Part shown: positions 49,524 to 57,544 of the stretch, piece by piece
Layout of the letters: each line of letters starts with the position of its first letter
How positions within the stretch are numbered: position 1 is the stretch's first letter
Assembly: GCA_029856125.1 (NCBI GenBank)
Contig: JAHQWJ010000014.1
Span: forward strand, 128,001 to 192,000
Direction: 5' to 3'
DNA length: 64,000 bases
DNA from: Promethearchaeia archaeon
GTDB lineage: Archaea > Asgardarchaeota > Lokiarchaeia > Sigyniarchaeales > SOKP01
The notes under the pieces: model-generated
What the model was told of the DNA's origin: nothing
The model's input: only the letters and a program-made list of their open reading frames with translations
The model's database searches: none
Program-made: the position numbers and the translations under genes

Positions 49524-51941
49524 TTATAATTTCTTAACTTTCTTGAAATATATCATAATCAAAGCAACTGTACTTATTGTCAGAAATCCAAGTGTCATCA
49601 AAAGTGGAAAACCAGGTATTGCTGCGACTTCAGGACCAATGTAGATGTATGAGACTGCCATGATAATGGAAAATGGACCTGAACTACCTCCTATTGGAAA
49701 AATTATTGTCAAGGAGTTATCCTCATAATCATAAACAAACATATCGGTTGCTGATGTAGGAGCAGCGTCCCATTCATTATTACCACTCATGTTCCATGCC
49801 CAAAAGGTAAGGTTATAGTAATCTAGATCAAAAGAATCGTCGAATTTGATGTAAAAAGTTAAATTCTCTAATCCTGTGGTGTTGGTAATTAAAAGGTCAC
49901 TATAATAAAGTACTGTTCCATTTGTGATCGAGGTGTTTATAGGACTATAGTCCAAAATTGCGTTTACTAACTCTACTTCCGTGTTAGTGGTGATAATGTC
50001 AATACGAGAGGCGGTTATTTCAGTTATAGCATCGTTAGGAACGGATATACTATTTGTTCCAGAGTGAAGCGTTTCGTTAAACATAGGATAGATGCTCATA
50101 TAATTCCAGGTTGTCTCGTCTCCTCCAGGCATGTTCATCCAACCTCCCATAAAGGTTATTCTTCCAGTGGTTGAATCAAGATATGTGTCGTATTCATTAT
50201 TATTCGTAGAATTTCTAAGAACCACATGGTCTTCAGTAAATGTCATCACATCAAACATGCCTCCAAGCAATGCTAAGAGATTTTCAAAATCTTCTCCTGT
50301 AAAGCCTAGAGGTATAAAAAGTGGTGGTGCTGTACCTCCAAACATAGCATATGGCGAGATTGGCCAGTATATATTCGCTTCAAGAAACAAATCATCTCCA
50401 AGATTATCCCAAGTGCCTGTGTCTTCATCAAATTCTTCAAATTCAGCAATAATTGCTTTAAAGAATTGCAATTCCGGTTGTCCAGGGATTGTAGTAAAGA
50501 ACCCCCCGCTATCCACTTCCCATATTGTTAAATTAACAAATTCACTAACAGTAAAAAGAACTGTCGCTCTCATGTACGCTTCGTCATCTTGAGAATTTTG
50601 TTTATAATACACAACATCGCCTATTTCTAAGTCCCAATCTACTAATGTTTGGTGTTGTATTTCGTAATAAAGTTGAACATCACCGTGCTCAGTAATCAGA
50701 AATGATTGCACTATTCCAGTTGATTTTTCGATGACATTATTTACTCCAAAGTTCGTAGAAGTATTTCTTAGGGTAAACTCAAAGTTAATATTTTCTATGA
50801 GCACAAGGCTATTAAATGGAGCATCCCATATACGAAGCGTGTCGGAATTCCACATGAATTCAATATCTTCCTTAGTAGTACTATTGGGATATACAAAATT
50901 AAATTCAGGTGAAAAACTTTCATCAACATATTGGAAATAAAAGTTATTTGCATAACCTATCGGTAAATTTTCTTCTTCTACTTCATACGCATTTCCATTC
51001 CACACGGATAGATTTGAATAAACAGCTTGGAATACCATAGGAATATCGTCTTGCATAAATCCGTTATTAGATTTAGGAAGCATAACATCTGTGAAGTTAG
51101 TAACCTCAATTTTTACATCGTAGGCACTACTACCACCTTCAGTCCAGTCGTAATAAAATGTGTCTCCAATAGTAACTCCCCATTCAATCTCGTCAGTTAT
51201 ATCGTAATCGAAAACTCTTTGTATTGTAAAATTAAGTAGCATTGACTCACCCATTTCAACTTTCATGTATCCCTCTGCATATTCTGCCACTCCATTTGTA
51301 ACATTGTACACGAGGTTAAGATAATAGCCATCAGACGAATTTGTAAAAGACATGGAGTTAGCTGAAGGAATCGAGGAAAATCCATCAAACTGGTTGAATC
51401 TATCAGGAGAAAGGGGATCATAAAACGATTGGTTGAGAATATCGTCTAATACATCGACTTCTAAATTATTTGTCCCATTTAGAGGTAGTATATAGGGTGC
51501 AGCACCCATTCCAGCTCTATATTTATGCTTAATGGTATCTGAGTTGTTAAATCCAAATAACGCGAATTCCATAGGACCATCATAAGATTCCAATTCTCCT
51601 TCTGAAACATTAAAATAACATTGGGTTGCGTTAACCAGCGAAAATTCGTTTAATCCTAACCAATCTGTTGTCACGTTTTCGATTGAAGTTATGTTATATA
51701 TCCATATGTCTTTAAACATCATGGTAACCTCATCATTTGAAGCGTTAGTAAGGATCATTTCTACTTCCCAATAGAGCTCGTCATCAACATCGACGCCCCA
51801 ATGCCAACCGTTATTTACGTGTTCTTCGGGAACATATGGACCCGCTTTTACTGACGTAAAAAACGCACTTAAATTTATAGCTGCTGTGAATGCTAAAAGT
51901 ATGATTACAGTTGATTTTGTTCTGTTTTTTAAATTATTCAA
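49524..51941 (-). CDS. Large acidic cell-surface glycoprotein with signal peptide and IPGF-TM-basic C-terminal sorting signal
   Basis: N-terminal signal ending VKA, many NxS/T sequons, three W(G/D)xxxxDxxY repeats, C-terminal IPGFPLL...FKKVKKL. Confidence 0.85.
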   Translation of the reverse strand: MNNLKNRTKSTVIILLAFTAAINLSAFFTSVKAGPYVPEEHVNNGWHWGVDVDDELYWEVEMILTNASNDEVTMMFKDIWIYNITSIENVTTDWLGLNEFSLVNATQCYFNVSEGELESYDGPMEFALFGFNNSDTIKHKYRAGMGAAPYILPLNGTNNLEVDVLDDILNQSFYDPLSPDRFNQFDGFSSIPSANSMSFTNSSDGYYLNLVYNVTNGVAEYAEGYMKVEMGESMLLNFTIQRVFDYDITDEIEWGVTIGDTFYYDWTEGGSSAYDVKIEVTNFTDVMLPKSNNGFMQDDIPMVFQAVYSNLSVWNGNAYEVEEENLPIGYANNFYFQYVDESFSPEFNFVYPNSTTKEDIEFMWNSDTLRIWDAPFNSLVLIENINFEFTLRNTSTNFGVNNVIEKSTGIVQSFLITEHGDVQLYYEIQHQTLVDWDLEIGDVVYYKQNSQDDEAYMRATVLFTVSEFVNLTIWEVDSGGFFTTIPGQPELQFFKAIIAEFEEFDEDTGTWDNLGDDLFLEANIYWPISPYAMFGGTAPPLFIPLGFTGEDFENLLALLGGMFDVMTFTEDHVVLRNSTNNNEYDTYLDSTTGRITFMGGWMNMPGGDETTWNYMSIYPMFNETLHSGTNSISVPNDAITEITASRIDIITTNTEVELVNAILDYSPINTSITNGTVLYYSDLLITNTTGLENLTFYIKFDDSFDLDYYNLTFWAWNMSGNNEWDAAPTSATDMFVYDYEDNSLTIIFPIGGSSGPFSIIMAVSYIYIGPEVAAIPGFPLLMTLGFLTISTVALIMIYFKKVKKL

Positions 51942-52069
51942 TTTTTTAACCCGTTATCGTTAAATTTTTTGTTAGCAAAAACATGAAATTGTAAGTTTAA
52001 AAATTCTTGCTAATGCGAATTTTAAAAACTCCACCGATAAAAGTAAATGTTTTAGAATTATTCGCGAAA

Positions 52070-53596
52070 TTAATCATTGGATTTAATTAATTTCAACCAA
52101 TTTGAATCGATATTGTTAAGTGCAGCCTCAATTTCTTTTCTAACAGCCCAGTCATCGTCCCATAACGAATTCGCTAAAGAATTTAGCGCTTTTTTATCCC
52201 CTAGTTGCCCTAAGGCTCTTGCAGCGGCAATTCTAATTTTAGGATCGCTGTCTTCAAGCATCTTTATAAATGGAGAAATATCGCTAATGTTTTCGAATTT
52301 TCCTAATGCTAAAGCAATCCAACTTTTAATAAAAAGATCTTCATCGTCAATTAAAGGTAATAGAGCTTCTAAGCTATCTTCACTCCCTAATTTAATTAAG
52401 AGCTTAACTGCTGCTCTTTTAGTCTTCCAATTTGAAGAACTCAAGAAAGGCTTCACCTCATTAACATAAGTTTGATTCTTTTTTTTAGATAAAGCGTTAA
52501 TAGTTACGTCTCGCACTCTATTATCAGGATCATTTAAAAGATCTAATAGTAATGAAACTTGCTGTTTGTTACCTAATTTTCCTATTAATTTTGCACATAG
52601 ACTTCTTATTTTCCATTCCTTAGCCTTAAGACCTTCAAGTACTTGATCTGGAACCTCATCTTTAGAAATCTGAAGAAGTGAATTATAAGCTAATTTTCTG
52701 GTTTTATTATCACTACTCTTGAAGGAATTAATCATATAGTCTACAGACTTCTTATCTTCAAGTAAACCTAAAAGCTTAATTGCTTCCTTCCTCTCTATCA
52801 TATTTTTGCTATTTGCCACGGCATATATTTTTTCATAAGAATCGATGTTCACAAAAATTTGCTTTAACGATTGAATAGATAACCTACGTACATCTTCATT
52901 CTTATTTTTTAATAATCTAAGAAGGGGATCAATTGCTCGTTTGCTATTAATTGAACCTAAAGCTTTTATACTCGCTTTCTTAACTTCTACATCTGTATCA
53001 TCTAATAAATTTATTATTAATCTTGCATCATTGACTTGAAGCAATTTTTCTAAAGCTTGAACGGCATTGCGTTTGACTTCAGCATCATTTTTACGAAGCA
53101 GTTCTTTTAAGTAATTAGTTGAATCGTCGCATCGAATTTTACCCAAGATGATTGGAATTGATTTTCTAATGTATATATTCCCTTTATCGAAAAAGTTTAT
53201 AATTTCACTTACGTCTCCTAATTTTCCTATATTCACGATTGATTTAATTACATCGTCTTTTATTTCTAAAGAGGGATTACTGAGCATTTCTAACAAAGGT
53301 TTAAGAGCAGAGAGGATTTTAATTTTACCTAACGCAACCACCGCTGTTTTTCTAGCTTCTATAAAATTATCTGTAAGAGCTTCAATTAATATTGGACTTG
53401 AAGCTTCTGGTACATTATTTGCTATAAAATTGATAATTGTTGCTCGTACCTCACCGTCAGACTCATTTTTATAATGGGTAGCAAAAAAGCTTAAATTATT
53501 TTTATCAATTAAATTTTCAATTGAATTTATCAAATCTACTTTTTTTTCTGGAACGGTTGCTTTAAGATAGTTTTCCTTAAATTCTTGAAATCCCAT
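52070..53596 (-). CDS. HEAT-repeat protein (likely start MGFQEF at 53596)
   Basis: More than 12 repeats of LxxLLxDxxxxV(R/K)xxAxxALG. Confidence 0.92.
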   Translation of the reverse strand: MGFQEFKENYLKATVPEKKVDLINSIENLIDKNNLSFFATHYKNESDGEVRATIINFIANNVPEASSPILIEALTDNFIEARKTAVVALGKIKILSALKPLLEMLSNPSLEIKDDVIKSIVNIGKLGDVSEIINFFDKGNIYIRKSIPIILGKIRCDDSTNYLKELLRKNDAEVKRNAVQALEKLLQVNDARLIINLLDDTDVEVKKASIKALGSINSKRAIDPLLRLLKNKNEDVRRLSIQSLKQIFVNIDSYEKIYAVANSKNMIERKEAIKLLGLLEDKKSVDYMINSFKSSDNKTRKLAYNSLLQISKDEVPDQVLEGLKAKEWKIRSLCAKLIGKLGNKQQVSLLLDLLNDPDNRVRDVTINALSKKKNQTYVNEVKPFLSSSNWKTKRAAVKLLIKLGSEDSLEALLPLIDDEDLFIKSWIALALGKFENISDISPFIKMLEDSDPKIRIAAARALGQLGDKKALNSLANSLWDDDWAVRKEIEAALNNIDSNWLKLIKSND

Positions 53597-53780
53597 TTTT
53601 CTAATTCTGCATCTTTTCTTTTCAATAAACAATGATTCTAAGTATAGAATCGAGTTCATATTTTTATTTTTAAGTAAATAGAAAGATAGAAATTGAATTA
53701 ATAAACGGTAAAAATATCTATATTAATTGAGGTTTCTTTACCTCTATACATTATAAAAGAAAAGTAAAAAAAATAGAAAT

Positions 53781-54053
53781 TTACGAGCTAAGTAGCTGAA
53801 AGAGAATCGAAGCGTGAGGGATATAGAATTGATCACGCACTTTAATCACGACAGTATGAAAGTACTCAGCTAAACCTAAGAAACCTCGAATAACTGATTC
53901 GTCTTCCTCAAATTTAAATACTATCTTAGCAATAGCAGCGCCAGAGCTGAAGTTAGCTTTTTCATAGACTCTTTCGTCAATTAAGGGAATTTTAAGCTCA
54001 TTAACAATTTCATATACTCGCTTGATGAAGAGTTCTCTCTTGGGAATATTAAT
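53781..54053 (-). CDS. Uncalled ~90-aa hypothetical protein with an ATT start
   Basis: Open frame INIPKRELFIKRVYEIVNELKIPLIDERVYEK...HASILFQLLSS*; AGGTG directly upstream; globular-looking composition; T-rich tract after the stop. Confidence 0.7.
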   Translation of the reverse strand: MNIPKRELFIKRVYEIVNELKIPLIDERVYEKANFSSGAAIAKIVFKFEEDESVIRGFLGLAEYFHTVVIKVRDQFYIPHASILFQLLSS

Positions 54054-54310
54054 ACACCTATTATATTGAATACTAATTATTAAAATTACAAATGAAATAT
54101 GATATATAATATATTAGATTTGGAACATTTAATAGTTTATTTTTAACTGTGAAAAATTTTGAAGCATTGAATTTAATTTAGGTAAAACTATGATACAAAT
54201 ATTATACAAAAATAAAAATATAAATTAATAAACTACTACTATATTACTACTATAGCTATATAGTATTCTTTTAAAAAATATGATTAAAATTTTGGAGTAA
54301 ATGAACTACC

Positions 54311-54964
54311 TTGGTTTCGAAAGAATATAAGAAGATTGAGAGAGTCGTTAATTTTATGAAAAAGGGTTTAACCTCTTTAAGCGACGACTTGGAAGAGACG
54401 GTTAAAGGGATTACTGATTTTAAAAAATCGTTAAATAAAGCCTTGAAAGATTTGAAAGATGTTTCTCTTGAACAAGGAGTGAAAACTGTGAGTACATCCT
54501 CTAAGAAAGTTATTGCACCTGTGGATGGTACGGCCAAAACTGCAGCGGCAAGTACTTTATTTAGTTTATTAAGTGGTAGTCCTGCTCCAGTCCAAGAAAT
54601 GCCTCCAGCTACCGCAGCTGTAACTTCACCAACTGTAGGTGGCCCCCCTAAAGTTCCTGGAAAGGGACCTCCAAAGAGACCTGGAGGGAGTAGACCTCCA
54701 AAAGCACCCAGCACAGGTGGACCTCCTAAACGAACCAATTTACCTCCGGCGCCAAAATTGCCTCCTAGTTCGGTTGGTGTACCTCCTAAAGCTCCCGGTT
54801 CAAGAGTTGTACAAGCGCCCACATTTGCTAAAAGACCAACGCCCCCAGCAGCACCAGCTGCATCCCCTGCACCAGCAACTCAAGCAGGAGGAGGTTTAAG
54901 TTCTCTCCGAGATGAAATGTTAGAGGAATTAAATCGTTTAAAGAAGATTATGAGAGGAGATTAG
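54311..54964 (+). CDS. Coiled-coil + proline-rich protein with a WH2/VASP-like C-terminal helix
   Basis: Heptad-like N-terminus, repeated PPK units, C-terminal GGGLSSLRDEMLEELNRLKKIMRGD. Confidence 0.8.
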   Translation: MVSKEYKKIERVVNFMKKGLTSLSDDLEETVKGITDFKKSLNKALKDLKDVSLEQGVKTVSTSSKKVIAPVDGTAKTAAASTLFSLLSGSPAPVQEMPPATAAVTSPTVGGPPKVPGKGPPKRPGGSRPPKAPSTGGPPKRTNLPPAPKLPPSSVGVPPKAPGSRVVQAPTFAKRPTPPAAPAASPAPATQAGGGLSSLRDEMLEELNRLKKIMRGD

Positions 54965-55094
54965 GAGTTAACTCTTTTTCTCATATCTAATACTTATTTT
55001 TATACCTTTTTATCGCATATCTTTATAACTTACAAGATTCAATATTTTTAATTCATAACATTTTTAATTATCGATTGTGAACTATTTAGTATAG

Positions 55095-55841
55095 ATGGAT
55101 AAAAACAATTCTATCATCTGCGAAAACAAAATACCAATCGTTGTTCCTAAATGTATAATGGTGTTAGCTGGTCATCCAGATGATGAAATAATATCCTGTG
55201 GTGGTACCCTTCTAAAATACCAGTCTTTAGGTTCAAAAATAATCGTTGTGGTTGCAACAAGTGGTATTGGGGGGTATGCAAAAAGTGATCAAAAAGAAGG
55301 AATTATTAATCAAAGAAAACACGAGCTTGATTCAGTTCGATCATCGTTGAAATGTGAAATTATCGAGTTAGAATTTCCTAATATGGAAATAACCCGAGAA
55401 AAAATCTCTAAGATAACAAATCTCATAAGGGACATTAAGCCTCAAGTTATTTTATTGCCTCATCATTCTGATTTTCATCGAGTACATCGAAACTTGGCAT
55501 TAATCTCGAGAGAAGCTATTTATCATTGTTCAACAGGTAAAGCTTATGGAGGATACGAAAGAAACTGGACTCCATTAGGCGTGTATTATTACGAAGGACC
55601 TTCGTGTAAATTTCAATACATTGAGAGTTCAGTTTTTGTTATAGTAGATATCGAAGAATTTTGGAGTAAGAAAAAAGAGATATTTAATGTTGCCTACCTT
55701 ACTCAGAAAGAAGTTCTAGAAAGAGTAATGGAGTGGGCGGAAGATACTGCGATTTTAAGGGGTAACGAAATAAATTCATCGTATGGGGAAGCTTTTATAC
55801 CCGAGACAACTTATACACCACTTAAGCTTTTATTAGTTTAG
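55095..55841 (+). CDS. PIG-L/LmbE family deacetylase
   Basis: GHPDDE, D.H..H, YGEAF. Confidence 0.9.
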   Translation: MDKNNSIICENKIPIVVPKCIMVLAGHPDDEIISCGGTLLKYQSLGSKIIVVVATSGIGGYAKSDQKEGIINQRKHELDSVRSSLKCEIIELEFPNMEITREKISKITNLIRDIKPQVILLPHHSDFHRVHRNLALISREAIYHCSTGKAYGGYERNWTPLGVYYYEGPSCKFQYIESSVFVIVDIEEFWSKKKEIFNVAYLTQKEVLERVMEWAEDTAILRGNEINSSYGEAFIPETTYTPLKLLLV

Positions 55842-55901
55842 TATAGATATAAAAAGATTAAATATTGTTAATATAATAAGCGAATAAATTGCTAAAATTA
55901 A

Positions 55902-57026
55902 TTGGATATTATGGGCAATCTTACTGTTGTTTTAGACATTGGACAGTTTTCAGCAAAAGCGGGTTTTGCTGGCGAAGATATGCCAAGCCAAGTATTCTTC
56001 ACAATCGTAGGAAAGCCTAAATATAGACAAATCGATTACGAGTATGGAAGTGCTCGAAAAGAAGACTACTACGTCGGAGATGAGATTCAATCTTTAGGAC
56101 TATACAAAGTGTTATACCCTATTGATAAGGGTGTAATACAAGACTGGGTCTCATTCGAGAAAATAATTGATTACATTTTCTATAATTTAAGAGTCGACCC
56201 TAGTTTAGTCAATGTCTTATTTGCGGTACATCCTTTGTTTCCTCGCAATAATTTAGAGAAGCTTTTTAAATTATTTCTGGAGAAATATCAATGTAATGCG
56301 TTTTATCCTGTATTAGATTCCATGCTCACTCTGTATGCTGGTGGATTTCAAACGGGTTTGATAGTAGAGATCGGAGATAGTCTAACAAGAATAGTCCCCA
56401 TCTATCAAGGTTATAAACTTGATCACGCAATTAGAATTCTTGAAATCGGTGGAAGAACGTTAACAAGGTATATGGAAAAAATATTAGGTACAAAAGGTTA
56501 TTCAGCAGATTCTTCTATAAGAAGAGAACTCGTCAGAGCTTTAAAGGAAAAAGCGTGTTTTGTTTCCCTTGATTACAAAGAAGATTTGAAGAGAGTTGAA
56601 CAATACGAAAAAGAGTATTCCCTACCTGATGGTTCTACAATTTCTTTAGCTAGAGAACGATTCGAAGTTCCAGAGTTGCTGTTTAATCCCTCAATCGAAT
56701 TAGAAGAATCCTCTCTCCCAGAAGCAATCTTGGATGTAATCGAAATGTGTGACTTAGATGTCCGTCCAGATTTATTAAATAACATTTTTTTATCGGGAGG
56801 GTCTTCGATGTTTCCAAATCTCAAATCTCGAATATACCAAGAATTAGAATTAGAATTGGCGCGACGTAAAAAGAATAATCAAATCATCAAAATAATAGCA
56901 CCTCGGGAACGTGTTTTCTCAGTTTGGGTTGGAGGATCGATTTTAGCAATGATCCCAGAATTCGAGCAGAATTGGATAAGCAGAGCGAAATATTTTAACG
57001 AAGGTATCCCTGAAGATATTCTTTAA
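55902..57026 (+). CDS. Actin-family protein (divergent Asgard actin-related protein)
   Basis: KAGFAGED, VGDE, YPI..G, VPIYQG, GGRTLT, KEK.CFV, Y.LPDG, ERF.VPE.LF.P, LSGGSSMFP, SVWVGGSILA. Confidence 0.95.
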   Translation: MDIMGNLTVVLDIGQFSAKAGFAGEDMPSQVFFTIVGKPKYRQIDYEYGSARKEDYYVGDEIQSLGLYKVLYPIDKGVIQDWVSFEKIIDYIFYNLRVDPSLVNVLFAVHPLFPRNNLEKLFKLFLEKYQCNAFYPVLDSMLTLYAGGFQTGLIVEIGDSLTRIVPIYQGYKLDHAIRILEIGGRTLTRYMEKILGTKGYSADSSIRRELVRALKEKACFVSLDYKEDLKRVEQYEKEYSLPDGSTISLARERFEVPELLFNPSIELEESSLPEAILDVIEMCDLDVRPDLLNNIFLSGGSSMFPNLKSRIYQELELELARRKKNNQIIKIIAPRERVFSVWVGGSILAMIPEFEQNWISRAKYFNEGIPEDIL

Positions 57027-57157
57027 ATAATTACTTAAGATTAAAGCATCTATTTTTCAAAGTATCATTTTAATATTACAAGCATATTACAATTTTTTAA
57101 AAATATTATTCTGATATTATATCTTAGTGGAGTTTCATCTCGATTGGAGAAATAAAA

Positions 57158-57523
57158 ATGGAAGAACCTCAAAATACTAGTTTTGAACAAAGCAAAATTC
57201 TAAAAAACTTTTATAAACCTGACTATTCTGGTCTGTTTAATAAAATAAAAGACATTAAAACTCCGGTAAAAAACGAAATTTTAATGACTTTACTTGATGG
57301 GAATTGGCATACTGAATTGGATTTGATAAGAGTAGCTAAACAAAAAATGAGATATTTGGGTGCTGTAACCTTAGGGACAATGATTCACTCTTTAAACCAT
57401 CACCTAAAGAACGATTACGTTGAAAAAAGCGTGATAAACGGAAAATTATCTTACAGAATCTCAGATAATTATGTCGGTCTTACTCGAGCAGCATACAACA
57501 AGTATAGGTTTAAAATGGACTAA
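57158..57523 (+). CDS. Putative winged-helix protein
   Basis: ILMTLLDGNWHT...helix...VEK....K..YRI wing-like pattern. Confidence 0.6.
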   Translation: MEEPQNTSFEQSKILKNFYKPDYSGLFNKIKDIKTPVKNEILMTLLDGNWHTELDLIRVAKQKMRYLGAVTLGTMIHSLNHHLKNDYVEKSVINGKLSYRISDNYVGLTRAAYNKYRFKMD

Positions 57524-57544
57524 CTTTTAATTAATACCCTTTTT

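Noticed and set aside
54271-54899. Gly/Pro-rich 183-aa antisense ORF and 86-aa alternative-frame ORF
   Set aside because: Shadows of the GC-richer Pro-rich gene; no independent motifs
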